64,000 bases of DNA from Tubulanus polymorphus (Eukaryota; Animalia; Nemertea), in assembly GCF_964204645.1 (NCBI RefSeq), contig NC_134025.1, positions 13,330,001 through 13,394,000 on the forward strand, in the 5' to 3' direction. The translations under genes and the position numbers were made by a program. Numbering within the stretch: position 1 is the first letter of the stretch; each line of letters starts with the position of its first letter. The notes under the pieces are model-generated. The model had not been told where the DNA came from, did no database searches, and saw only the letters and a list, made by a program, of their open reading frames with translations. This document shows positions 1 through 13,400 of this stretch, in pieces.

Positions 1-1409
1 TATGTGCATCACCGTCGTGGATCCGACCCTGGTGGTGAGGATTTTCAGAAAACGATGAAACAAAAAGACTTGGAATTCCGAGAAGCGGTCAATCAGGATA
101 TACAACATTATTTAAATAAATGTGCCAGTTCTGATGAAATGGAGCATTCTGGTTGTAGTCTCGCAGATGCTGGTTCCCAAAAATCCTTAACCGAGGAACC
201 TGTGACGAAAAAACCCAAAGTCCAGTCAGTGGCGAATGCTAAACCGTTGGCGATCAAATCCGATGGAGCTGCAAAATCTTACAAGCATAAATCGTCTACT
301 ACCAAGGGGAAATCTTCCAAGCCATCTCATCATTCCACTGGTGTTGTTTCTCCATCTGGCACCGATCGTAAAACGTTATCGACGGTACACAGATCAAAGA
401 CATCCCCTAGTAAGTCTGTAGTATCAATTGAAAAGAAAGCAGAATCAGATACAAAGAAGACTATTAATGACTGCGTAAGCAAGAAGCCTACTGGTCGAGG
501 CATTGGTAGGGGATCAAAAAGTCCATCTCCAGGAAGGGTGGTACCGTTTTGGGAAAGATTAAGCCCACCGAAAAAGGATCGGTCACCTTCAGTTGAAAGC
601 CCACAAAAGCCAAAAAAGCCACGAACAACTAAGCTACAACACGAAAATCTAAGAAAAGAACTCAAATCAACTGTTCCAATAGATGAATCTGTTGCCAAAA
701 AGGACCAAATGTCTACAAAAAATGAAACTAAATATTCCAAAGAACAATCTTCATCTGCATCTACTCAACCGAAGAAGAATGTGTCGGATGGTAATAAACT
801 AACTCTATCCAGGCAGCGCGCTAAAAGTTCCTCCTCACTTCCTTCAATCGTAAAAGAATTGCAACCGACTGATAAACTCCCGCGTAAGAAATGGGACCCG
901 CCAAAACCGATCAAAACTGTACGCCGCGAAGCATTAAAGGAAAGAGCCAAGAAGCTACTGAAAAAGGGAGATATACCAGTCGAAATTTATCTTCCTCCTA
1001 CTCGTTCCATTCCTGATAAATATAAATCTCATTCCACGGGGGATTTGGATGATGTTCGCACTGAATACTCGGGGGATGCACCCGTATTTTCTGACGATTC
1101 TTTGGATGCCGATAAACCACCAGTAGTTTCGCCATCAAATGAAGACAGATTAGGTTCCGATTCTGAAATGGTTGACAGTCTTGAACAGGAATATTTAAGA
1201 GTAGTAGTCGGTAATAAAAGTGATGATCAGTCGTTTTCTGAAGATTCGTTAGTGGCTGATACAGATAAAAAACTTAGCGGGCTCACAGTAGATACAAATA
1301 TCATCAGTAATGCTATTGGTGGTGCCAATGATGGGATTATAACCGGTGATGTTGTAACAAAGGAGGCGAAACTTCAACGCGTTGAAGACTTTTTACGACA
1401 CATGCCGCA
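1..1409 (+). CDS. STARD9: Internal coding exon (5' end outside window) of a STARD9-like gene; Ser/Lys/Pro-rich low-complexity region
   Basis: Open frame from position 1. Ends CA|gtaagt at 1409/1410 (phase 2); the ORF-track stop at 1411-1413 lies inside the donor site. Phase matches the next exon. Confidence 0.8.
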
Positions 1410-1828
1410 GTAAGTCTTTACAGTTTTGTTGTGATTTCGTATTTGTTACCGTATAGAAAGAAACTTAATTTCTATATAACTACCGGAATTTTACTCCCAT
1501 GGAGTTACTTCAGCAGTTCCTATTGATTGTGTTAATACCGAAGAATAAAATAGTTTAACTGGGAGAAAACCAATTTATTATGAGATCATGCACAACTTTC
1601 TGAACTGAAATAAACTTTTCCAGTCACAGACAAATACATACATGCGTACTTTACATTGGGACGTTATGCACACATTACTTCAAGATATAGCTTTGATATT
1701 CCAGCAAATTTGCGTAGATACGCTCTTATCTATTAGGCTGTTTATTTTTCCATAAGTGAAATTTAATCATTTACTACACAACTCTGCTCTGTCGACAATT
1801 CTTTATAAAAGCATGTCATTGTTTACAG

Positions 1829-1926
1829 TGGAAATGACGACACTTCTCGACGATCAAATCGAAAACACCGTCGCCTAGATCAGGGCGAAATCACAGAACA
1901 TTTCTCTGATGATTCACTCGGATCTG
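1829..1926 (+). CDS. STARD9: Internal coding exon (HGNDDTSRRSNRKHRRLDQGEITEHFSDDSLGS)
   Basis: Acceptor gtttacag|T, donor G|gtaagt. Phase 2 in and phase 1 out link exon 1-1409 to the giant exon. Repeats the FSDDSL motif of the previous exon. Confidence 0.8.
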
Positions 1927-2045
1927 GTAAGTGAAAATCATTTTTGCCTGTAAAATAACGCACGGTATACTATTCATATCTCAAGGTAGAATCTCGAAAG
2001 TTTCTTAATCTATATTGATAGTCTCAGCACTGCATTTCCACACGT

Positions 2046-4168
2046 TTTATCCCACTTAGGACTTTGGACTAATGCGTTCACTTTACTCCCGTTATTCCGT
2101 TCATCTATCTCTCCGTCCGTCTGCTGTTTGTCCATAGACATAATCTAGTTATTTATGAACGTTGTGAAAACGATCCAATGGGCTGTCTTGATATTGGGTC
2201 GGTGCATGTATCTATCCTATCACTATCGACACTTTTTACATATGTTTGGTGTTTTCAATGAAAATTTTGAAGACGCTTTGCTTAATTCCCTCGGGGTTTC
2301 ATACGTATATGTGTCTCACTGGTGCCCATCATGATGAGGAATTGGGTCTATCAGACATAGGTTGTTCGTCCTGTGACTTTTTAGCCCACTTGGGACTTTA
2401 GTCCCAGCGGGCTATTGCGTTCACTTTTCGTCCGTCCGTCCGTCCGTCCGTTCGTCCGTCCGTCCGTCCGTCCGTAGACGGAATCCAGTTATTTTGGGAA
2501 GTTTTGAAGACGCTTCAATGTAATGTCTTGATATTTGGGTTACACATGTATCTACCCTAGACATATCTTCAGTCCAAAAACTGGTCCTGTCAGAATCAAG
2601 ATGGCCGACTGGCAGGCATTGTTGTTCGCCTAAATCAACACTTTTTACACATTTTCGAACTTTTTGAGGGAAATTTTGAAGACGCTTTGATCAATTACCT
2701 TGATCTTTCGGATGTATGTGAATCCCCCAGGGTCCATCAGCATAACAAATATTGGGTCGATCGGACTCACGATGACCTATGACCTTTTTTAGTGTCCAAA
2801 AATGTCAATTTTGGCCCGAATTCTGAGTCCTGTAGTTCCTACTGGTTTGCCATTTCTCATTGCAATTTGTGATGGGTATTCTTTGAAAAGGGATGTTTTA
2901 TACCTGAGACAGGTATTTTTCATCAGCCAATTATGACGCAATTGGCGGCCATCTTGGTGTCATCAGTACTCATTCGTAGGTGGGAAAAAGTTTTTCCACA
3001 TTATATTGATACCTAAGCGTATTTTGTCACCACAATCAATTAGAAACTTGTAGCTCATAAAGTGTTCTATGATTGTGGTGAGTTTCAAGGTCATTGGTTT
3101 TTGTATATGGCCACCAGGGGGCGTTGAATAATACAATATCTTAGTATTTCTATATTATATTCGTATCAATGCATATTTTGTAACCACAATCAATTGCAAA
3201 GTTGTAGCTCATGACATCATCTATGATTGTGGCAAGTTTTAAGGCCATTAGTTATTCTATATGGTCATCAGGGGGCGTTGAATAGTAGAATAACTTAGTA
3301 TTTCCTTATTATATTGGTACCTAGGCATATTTTGTTACCATGATCAATTACAAAGTTATAGTTCGTGACATGTTCTTTGATTATGGTGAGTTTCAAGGTC
3401 ATTGGGTTTTGAATATGGTCACCAGGGGGCGTTGAATAGTAGATTAACTTAGTATTTCCATATTTAATTGGTAACGAGCCATATTTTGTTATCACAATCA
3501 ATTACAAAATCGTAGCATATGACATGTTCTATGATTGTGGTGAGTTTCAAGGTCATTGGTTTTTGTATATGGTCACCAGGGGGCGTTGAATATTGAAATT
3601 GTTATATTGTTGAGCATTTGGAACCTTTTCCCAAGTGGGCATGGTGTCCCTGGACCCCTAGTTTACCATTAAGGTGATTTTTGGCCTTAATTACGAGACT
3701 CGTCATGGTTTGCTATTTTACATTGAAATTCGTAATGACTGTACTTTGACAGGGGATCTTAAACATATCACACGGTTTTTACGATCGATCTATTCTTACT
3801 CAATTAGTGGCCTTCTTAGTCTCATTCGTAGATGTGAAGAAAATGGTTGAGGAAAATATGAACAGGTTTTGGCTTATACTTTCGATATTTAAGAATATCA
3901 TGGAATCAGGGTTATCCAGTTTTTTTGTTCTACCAACCAGGGGATTTAAATATAGAATTATATGACTGTTTCCAATTATATTGATATATATGAATATTTT
4001 GTAAACACATTTAATTGCAGAATTATTTCTCATGATATGTTATTTGATCAACCTCACCAGGGGGCGTTGAATATTGAAATTAGCTGACAGGCTAGTGTTT
4101 CACATAGTGGGCATTACTGAGGGTTTTTCACCAGGGGCGTTGGATAATGAATCCCTGGACCCCTAGTT
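2046..4168 (+). mobile_element. Older, diverged copy of the same HINE-like family, split by the 2381-3661 insertion
   Basis: 2046-2378 matches the element 5' part and 3663-4168 resumes the consensus, ending ccctggacccctag. Confidence 0.65.
2381..3661 (+). mobile_element. DINE-1/HINE-like non-autonomous Helentron element, full length
   Basis: Subterminal inverted repeats GCCCACTTGG / CCAAGTGGGC, 5' hairpin tgggactttagtccca, (CGTC)n tract, internal ~120-bp tandem subrepeats (caccagggggcgttgaata), 3' hairpin ggtgtccctggacccc+tag, T-rich insertion site. Closely similar copy at 52689-54004. Confidence 0.8.
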
Positions 4169-5149
4169 TTGTACTAGACTTGCCAATTGTAAAATCAGTT
4201 TTCATACAATTTGCCATACATAACATCTCGTAACGCGCCACGCTGACTCTTCCTATTGACATGCCCATCAGATGGACAATGCAGTCACATTTCTATTGAA
4301 AGAGCATGACATTGGTGACTCGAACCTGTATCAGCGGAGTCGGTTACCGTAGGCCTATGTCAAATGCCAAGGTCGCTGTGGAGCTACTTCTGGGTTTGAT
4401 TTCTTGCGTGATTCTCATTTCGAAATGATTTCTCTTTCATTTTCAGTGATTTTCCAATGAAATAGAAATTAAAAAACTACCTCCCGCATCTGAATAGAAT
4501 ATGTCAGGCGGATATTTTTATTGTTTCCCGCATCTTAAAAAGATTCAAACAGATCTTTTTATTTCTGCCTTTTTTTAAAAGAACATTTAAATAAAAACCG
4601 CCCGCCCTCGTCATGGTAAAAAACAATGTGATGAGAAACAAGGCATCTGTTTTTGGCCTAATGTAGCGCAGATTTCTAAGAATGCTTATTGTCTCATTTA
4701 AAAGGTATCAAACTCTTTGGCCTTAATCAGTACAAAACATTATATTTCTTATAATCACTACGCATGAGTAAATATCTAGGTTTCGCAAATCAAATTTAAC
4801 AGCAACGCAGTGGTTGCGGTATTCTCGGAGACGTCGGTTGATTGTTCCCTCTAGTGGGATGTTACAAATGTGTAGGGTTCAATTTTTGTGCGATTTTAGA
4901 TATTCCTCATCACAGCGGTGATTCTAGCCTGTATTATAGTCTGTTACTTTAACCCAATGAATGCTTATTGAATTGATTTGTCTTGATCGTTGATCAAAGC
5001 CCCCGCTTATTCCGGAAGCAGTTTATGGATACAGCTACGGAAGTGCTGGCAAACAACTTAACCTCAGATTCGAGAAGGTCCACTGGACAGGAGTCATTGA
5101 CGGGGGTTGGGTACAAAATACCCCATAGAAATTCAGAATACTCGATATT

Positions 5150-8100
5150 CTGTGTTACATCGCTGATAATTATGAGTTTGAGTTCAAGTTGTTGCGTTGC
5201 CGGGACAAGATATGGCATCTGTCAAACTGGGTGGAGGAAAAGTTTTTGTCTTTAAACTCATCATAATACCTTCCCCATGTTCACCCTATGACATTTCTGA
5301 GGATCATTAGTGGCGTGGGGTTTGACTTGGTGGAACTTTGTGAAATCTGGAGCGTTTTCGCACAGAACAGTTGGTTTGACTTCTGCTGACATCGTCGATG
5401 ATTGATATCTAGTATATGCTCGTACTAGTCACTTTCCTGTTTTAACTGGTGCTCGGAACTGTTCCGCTGGGGGAGCGAGGGTACATTCTCCGTTGCAGGT
5501 GCTTACGGTGATCTACATGTAGATGATTGGCATTTGGGGGTCCTTTAACATGATGGAGAAGCAACCAGAATTACTTGATGTATAGTTGCCAGTGATGAAA
5601 CTTGCACCCCAATGCTGGTTCATCGCTTGTCTGTCAATGTCCTTTTGGAGATGCGGATCACATATAGGTGGATCTAAATTATATATGCGGTCTTCCTAGG
5701 AAGCGATGTGAAATGGAGGTTTCAACGCAGGAATCCCATTCACTGTACAGCTAACTTGGTGATCGTTCAGATGTGTTCCTCCCGCATTCTTGAGATCGTT
5801 TGACTGTGAGGTGGGGGTTAACATGTTGGAGTATGGCATTGTAAAGTTTGTAGATGTAGCCTAACTTGGAGCCTATGTTGTTAAATCTCTTGTCGCTGGT
5901 CCATTTCTCGAGGGCCTCGTGGTCATGCTATAGGCGGCTGTCAATGAAGGATCGAATGTCTCTCTATATCAGACAGTCATCTGTGGACGAAGTCATAGGG
6001 TTTGACTGATATCGGCAGGTTGTTGATGTTGAACAAAAATAGGAGAGGCCCTTGAACTGTGCCCTGTCGACGTATGTTTCGTCTAATGTTTCACCTTCAA
6101 CAACGAGCTGAGCAAGGAATACACAGGCCTTTATTACTGTAATGTGCTAACTTTTCCTGAAGTTTGTGCGGTGTAAAAGGCTTTGCTGCTGAAGTCCGAG
6201 AAATCACTACGTCACATCAGTCTAGCATCCTTGTTTGTGAGTTCAGGAAGTCATGCGTGTAACTGCGTCTCACAAGAGTAACCTGAATGGAATCCGTTGA
6301 TTGCACTCGTTAGGATGTTGCGGGGATGCGGGTGTAATCTCAGATGGTGGTTGATGATATGTTCGCTACCTTGTAAGTGACTGAGATGATGAACGATATC
6401 GTGCAGTCATTTCCTGGTGAGCCTCCTTTCCTTTGCACACAGCTGTGTTTGCATTACGCCAATATGATGGTCACTAGCCAATCAGATGTTTAGTGTCAAC
6501 TGATGCTTAACAGATGTATGACCCAGGACCATATTGATATGTTGTCCGGTCCACAGCTTTTCTATTTGTTCCATTTTTTTCGAACGCCTTCAGTTTTTCA
6601 CTGTGGTCTTTGGTTTGTGCGGGTATTTACGGCCTGTTAATTTCTTGTGATGATCGGTCGCGGATATGAATTCTATTAACAGGAGTCTTGTCTAGTTTTT
6701 TGCATCACTCGATAGTCACGTGTCTTCGCGAAGAAGGACTACACCTGTGTTTTTGGTGTTTCAATCTTTTGTATTTTCAAACAATATTTGAATTCTTTAT
6801 TTTAGTCCTTCGTTGATTGCAGAGTTGACGTAGTCAGACTCGGCTTTCCTATTTATACGTCGACACTCTTCGACTTACTTTTTATTGTTTTTAATCTTAA
6901 TGAATTGAGCTGATAAAGTTGTTAGGTGGGAAAAAGTTTTTCGACATAATATTGATACTCATCATATTGTTTCCACAATCAATTAGAAAGTTGTAGCTCA
7001 TAACGTGTTCTATGATTTGGTGAGTTTCAAGGTCATTGGGGTCTGTATTATGGCCCACAGGGGGCGGTCAATTATACAATCACTTAGTATTTCTATATTA
7101 TATTTATACCTATGTATATTTTGTTACCACATTCAATTGCAAAGTTGTAGCTCATGACATCGACTATGATTGTCGTGAGTTTTAAAGACATTGGTTTTTC
7201 AATATGGTCCCCAGGGGGCGTTGAATAGTAGAATAACTTAGTATAACCTTATTGTATTGGTACCTAGGCATATTTTGTTACCATAATCGTTTGCAAAGTT
7301 GTAGTTCATGACATGTTCTATGATTGTGGTGAGTTTCAAGGTCATTGCTTTTTGTATATGGCCACCAGGGGGCATTGAATATTGAAATTGTTAGACTGTT
7401 GAGCATTTGAATCCACTTCCCAAGTGGGCATGGTGTCCCTGGACCCCTAGTTTTCTGTCTCAAAGGTTTGCGAATATTCTTTGTGAAACACGATGGACGG
7501 TGAGTAATTCCGGTCAGTAATTTAACGGTACGTGTTCCTTAACACAGCTGTGTAGGCTTGATTTAAAGTATTCTCATATCCCTAGGACATTTTGCTGTTC
7601 CAATGGTACGCCTGAGTGGCTTCAACTGATCATTGATTAAGCATTTGAAAGTCTGCTTTGTGATACTAGAAGTATTGCCGTCGTTTTTCTTTTTGTCGGT
7701 GTGGCTTGTTACCGGTATCAACATCGATGACTACCATCTGGTGATCTGAAAGACCCGGTACTGTGATTGAATGATTTTTGGTGAATATATGCTGCTGGGC
7801 TTCCGGGTGGTACTCCACCATTTTCCCAGTCTATTGATAACAAGATAGTTGAAGTTGCCTGGGAGGACGACAAACACGCATTGAGACTACGGGGTTCTAT
7901 GGTGGCTACCGTTTTTTGGGATCTGGTGTGGGTTTTCTGGTGTTTGATCTCCCTTCCATTGTTGTGAGGGTTCGGGCAGCTGGTTTTAAGGGACTGAAAA
8001 CAACGTTGGTGGAGGCGGAAACAACTGATGTTTCTGAGTGGTGCAAATAAGTTTGATTTCTTGAAATCATAGCGTTGGAATGTTAAACTATCACAGTTCA
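5150..8100 (-). mobile_element. Decayed non-LTR retrotransposon (CR1/L2-like reverse transcriptase remnant), boundaries approximate
   Basis: Minus-strand fragments resembling RT motifs: QGTVQGPLLFLFNINNLP (~6015-6067), DDCLIYRDI (~5955-5982), broken DFSKAF (~6175-6200), KAV.PDNI (~6535-6560). Many stops and frameshifts. Confidence 0.65.
6923..7450 (+). mobile_element. 5'-truncated HINE-like copy within the LINE remnant
   Basis: Subrepeat array plus 3' end ccaagtgggcatggtgtccctggacccctag, identical to the 3' end at 3631-3661. Confidence 0.8.
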
Positions 8101-10402
8101 CACTTTCGCATTTGTAGCAAATCTAGCATATGGTGTTTAATGGTGCTCGTAGTCATTGGTAGGCAGTTCAATAGGTCTTGTGACACCCAGGAAGAAAGAC
8201 ACTCTAAATATTTGGATGGATACATGAAAGCTGTGGGTACTGGAGTGTGTAATGGGTAGTGTAGTGCGATCTGTGTGCATTTGTGGCCAGCACACAGATC
8301 ACATTGTTCATTGGGGTTTGGTCCAGGACTCGCGAGATTTTCATCAACACGGAAGTAACGTGTAATAAATGATGACTTGAATTGCATGACTACCTTCCAC
8401 CCCTCATTATTGTTGGAAAACTAAACGTTCGGCACTGACTAAAAATTAGTAATAATATTTTAGAAATGGCCAGAATTTTAACTTAGGTGCTATCTCATTT
8501 TTATTTTACAATTGCGATTGGTATAATTTTTTTTAAAACGGCCGTTAAGGCTTCATGTTTCGTCTGCAATTCACTGCAAATAGTTACGCAACTACGCACA
8601 TTTCAGTGTTTTTGGCAGCTGTACACTCAATCGGCACCGTTCGTGACTAGCTTCACTGCGGAATTATCATTAATTAACATCGCCATATCACATCATCAAC
8701 TTATATTGTGCCTTAAAACCCTAACAGCCGAAATAATTGAAATGCACACACGATTTCTATCATTGAAAATTGAGAGAGTGGCCATGTTTGTGTTTGCTGC
8801 TTCGCGTAAATCCCGCACGGTGGCGCACCCGCGCGGAGTGGGGCCGATACGTCAAGTCGAGCAATGTTCACGCCCCTGTATTGCCAGGATACAGCCGCTT
8901 CACAACAACCACAAGGCATCATAATGCTCCTATGGTTTATGTGCCGATGAAATGCGAAAATTCTTTTATTACTGGCCAAACTTTCATCATTGAAACTCGG
9001 GGCTTGAAATCAAGCGCTGGCTTCCAGATGACAAGCTAAAACGCAATCTGGATAAATTTGAGGCCATTTGATATGGAACTGTTCTGGCTTTACGTTCTAA
9101 TCATGTAATGTTTGTTAACATCGGTGATAATCGTATAAAACTGCGCTAATTCGAAATATTGGGGTTATGTTCGATTATAAACTCGAAATGGTTGATCAAG
9201 TCACCAACATCATTCGCAAGACCTCATACCACCGTCGGGCTAATAGATAAATCCGGCGTCAGTTAACCACTGAGTCGACTTGACTGCTCATACGGTTGTT
9301 GATACTGTCGAGAATTGTTTATCGTAATTTGTGTCTAGCTCGGAAATGTGACCCTGGTAAAATGTGGTTGTCATTTTAGTGGACGACGAATTTTTCTTTC
9401 TCCTTGTTTAAGGATGGTTTATTTGGTCTCCTGATACCTATATCTTCCATTTTTCGTAGGTCTGGTGTTGCTTTATCTCGTTCTGTCGGTTTTTGCGTAT
9501 GTGAAGTCCAATGCGTGGAGTTTGGGGGCATTTTTGGCGGCTTGAAGTTGTTTCTGCTGCCCACGCGCTCTTTTTAATTAAATAAACCGTAGCTTACTTA
9601 CATGTATATTTATCATATCAAGCCTTTTTTATTGTGTTCATTATAGTCTTAATGTTGGACCTTCATCGGAAGACCCATACATCAAACTAACATAATATTC
9701 ATAATATCCCGCCCCATGAGAAAATGGGAAAGGACGAGCTTCATTTGAAGGAAAATAAACAATAGATGAAGTTGATTGATAAGGTCATTTTCAATATAAA
9801 TGACAGACGAAATTATAGTGGTTACAAATTGTTGGTAATTGAAACAAATTCTGCGAAAGGTTTTGCCAAAAAATCGCGAGATATCTTTGGAACAATATAT
9901 ATCCACAACTCGGAATTGTATGTAATTATATAGATCTGTACGTAAAGGGGGTTAATTGGTAAGAGCGGGATACTGAAATCAAGTCAGTATAGTACTAGTA
10001 GGTGAATTTCGTCGAAAATAAATTATGTTTGTTTGTGAAAGAAATATTCGTTGTCAATGTTGAACTGCTGCAAAGGTGGAGAGGGATTAAATGACGATTT
10101 CGAGGATTACCATCATATACCGTTAACACTTATTGATTATTGTGACTACAATATGCTCGAGTTATTAAGATCCTTGGACCTTTCGGAAAAATGGGCCGTC
10201 GCGTCACTTAACACATCAAAAAAGTTTCAAGATTGTTTGACCTGTCAAAGATTATTCAATCTGGACTTTTACTACGCGAAGCAAAAGTTCATTCAAATTA
10301 ACACTTTAAAATAATAGGTAAAGCTTTAATCTTTACGTTTTAGTGGCCACTGCTGCCTTGTTTGAACGATGTTTCATAATTATGATATATGTTTCTCCAC
10401 AG

Positions 10403-13400
10403 ATGGACAGCCAAAATCAAAAGGAAACTCTTGTCGCAGGAGAAAACCTCAAACTCGACCTGTTGATAACAAAGGGCTGAGGAGTTCAGATGAATATATC
10501 ATATCAACAGACAATGATAGCATTTATTCAGAAGATTCTATCAGTCCCAATGAAGACCGAGAGCACCAGATCAGAGCTCGCAGTGCATCTGCTGTTGTAG
10601 ACGGTGCTGTTGGCGGGATTGATATGGAAGCTTTTCCCCGCAGCGCATCGACAAATGCTGTGGACAATGCGCATGGTGACTTTCAAGGGAAAATGAAAGC
10701 TATCCCACCTGAAGAATCATTCCACCTGAGCTGGGATAGCGGTATTGGAACAATACAAAGAGGCCAGTCTGTAGCTGAAACGAATGTTTTTAGTGATGCA
10801 GAAACCTTATTAGGACCAGATGAAAATGATGCCGAGAGGTCGCTGAGAGATGTTGACGATTCCTTAAGATGTACCGCTCTAGAACAAACCGTCGTTAATC
10901 ACTGGTCATCTCTAGATTCTGCCGAAGCTGATGTGGTACGTCCTAGAATCGATGTAGAAGTCGGTGGAGTAGCCCTTCTGCCAGATGAATTGCGTGTAGT
11001 TATACCTACACGAAGACTACCAGAAAATGTGATTGTCACGGATACGGATGTTTGGAATAACACATCTAATGACAGAAATGCATCTCTTTTTGGATATTTG
11101 ACACCAGGAATAGAATCTAGTACAGCTGACATCGATTCCATTACACACGAAGGCATGTCAAATGATACCGTTGTAAGTGAAGGCACCTTCGTAATTGGTT
11201 ATCATCCCGATTATAATGATTGTGTACAGTTGAATAACAAACGGACCTTATCAGATCGGAAACGTGAGGATAGTAAAAGTACAGAACAAATTGACATTTC
11301 AGTACCTAAGGGTGAGAAAAAACAACGAGGGGCAAAATCTGAAGATGTTCATACTGGTGATGAGCATCTATCAGATGAATCCGATCTTGGAAACATTGAA
11401 CCTGACAGAGAAAGATACAGCGACGAGATGATAAGGTGCCAAATTGTACATTTCAAATGTCCCGATCCGTCGTCTCGACGGAATAAACGGGATCCTAATC
11501 GGGATGAAGAGCGGAGACGAGCATTGATCTTTTCAGACTTGTTGAACTTTAACATTCATGATAATTTTCACTCGGAATGTTTTAGTGCTGAAAGTTGGCC
11601 AGCTAATAATGAACAGGGTAGTGGCGAGGCGAGTCGAATACCAGATCTAATTGAAGGCCATAATACGTCTGTAGCTGTTTCGCATAGAATTATCAGTGAG
11701 CGATTATCAAGCGAAGAGCAACCTGGCACGCGAACATTGGATAGACTTGGCCGAGGGTCTCTTGAAGTGTGGTCGACCGATTATGATCATACTCCCGTAA
11801 TGGCCTGTCCGCCACAGCCAATACCCGTGACAGCTTCTCAGAAATTTTTTGATGCAATTACAGAAAGGCTGGATTCGAAGCCATCTAGACTAACATTAGG
11901 TATTACCAAAACCGAGATCTGGGAAGGGAATGGAACTGATGCTGATGACAAAATAGAAGTAACAATGACACCCCCAGGCCAGACATTAGAATCAAATCTT
12001 GTAGCCATTGATATACCATTGTCTTCTCGAAATTATGCGGTCACAGAGTTGTCTCTAGAAAGCCCTGAATTGATTACAATGCATCTGCTAGACCAGCAGG
12101 TCACGGGAAACAATACTGTCCTGTCAATCTCCGAGAATGATTCAGCTACGTCTCAGGACAGAGTCCAACAGGTTCCATGCCGTATTGAGACGTTCGCAAA
12201 TAATGTACATCACGCTGAGAAACAACATGCTACCACGGTTAGGGCAGATCTGCCTTCCCGAATCTGTCCAATATCTAAAGTGCCTTCAATTTTACCAGAA
12301 ACTGCTCCTATTTATAGTATACCCGGAAGCATTGTAACAAGGGAAGGCGTGCAAGTACCATCTACTGGCACTGAATATGCTCACAGTCAGATGAATGACA
12401 TTCTTAATGGACTAGAAATCGCTGCCGTTGAATTATGGTCAAATTATGACGATGGACACTTAACCACGGCTGGAAGCCAACCGGATACAGTTGATGCGCA
12501 TGAAAAAATGATCAGAAGACCAATGCTACTTCAGGTAACTGCCACAAATCGATGGAGTACCGATGGCCATGGAAATATTTTAAAAGGACCAATCGTAGAC
12601 GCGACTACTCATGGTGAGTCATTTACGGTGCCATTGGAGGCAATAATACAAGACATTTGGAAGACGGAAGTACCATTGGGTAAGACTGGTGATACAATGT
12701 GTAGGATGACATCCGAAAATAATAGATTAATCAAGGAGTGCTTAGACTATCTTGATTTCGCTCCATTAGAAACATGGGCCAACTCTGACCCTGATGCAAA
12801 AAGCCTGGTCTGTTTTGAACCACCAAATGACGTTCCTCCCATGCGCTACCAAAATGCAAAAAACCTTGCTGGACTTATTATGGCAGTTTGGGCCACAGAT
12901 GGCTTAGATGTAAAAGGAGAATCTAAGATTGAAGTTGAATATGCATCGGCATTTCACAATGGATCGGTATCACTTTCAAATAATTTCGGAGCAAAAATAT
13001 CAGTGACTGCAGAACCGAGATTCATTAGGCCTCAAACGCTACTTGAAGCAGTTGAAAATGATCTTTATGATGAAACTGCTAAAACATTTTTGGACCCAAG
13101 AACTGACGTCAAATATAATCTAGCGTCTGCCATAACTAGTGGTTTGATAGATGACGAAACTACAAAACTAGCTATTCCCAATGGCGGAAGATTATCCCTG
13201 AAAGATGCTATGACTGACGGACTCGTGGACTCGTGTTCCGGACAGGTATTAGATCAAATGACCGGCAGATTGATTTCTCTGCCAGTTGCTATTGAAAGGC
13301 GGATTGTTGTTTCTGATGTACGAATGAATGAAGACCAACGAGAATTCAAGGGCATGTCTACAGAAAAAATTGAAGAAAATAATGATTTGTCTGACGAAAA

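Noticed and set aside
2990-3600. ~120-bp periodic repeats resembling a CRISPR array
   Set aside because: Whole units are homologous (no unique spacers), they are internal to a dispersed eukaryotic element, and no cas genes are present.
8091-8387. DENLASPGP followed by CDLC, reminiscent of 2A-like/PHD starts of CR1/L2 ORFs
   Set aside because: Does not match the D[VI]ExNPGP consensus and the Cys spacing is incomplete; at best a decayed part of the adjacent LINE.
8487-9039. Overlapping 88-145 aa ORFs in the large intron
   Set aside because: No recognisable motifs or splice context; not needed for the exon chain.
10369-10402. ATG start of the 14,112-aa ORF as a stand-alone intronless or bacterial-type giant gene
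   Set aside because: A good acceptor at 10402 in the phase required by the upstream exon, plus the intron-rich context, indicates an internal exon.
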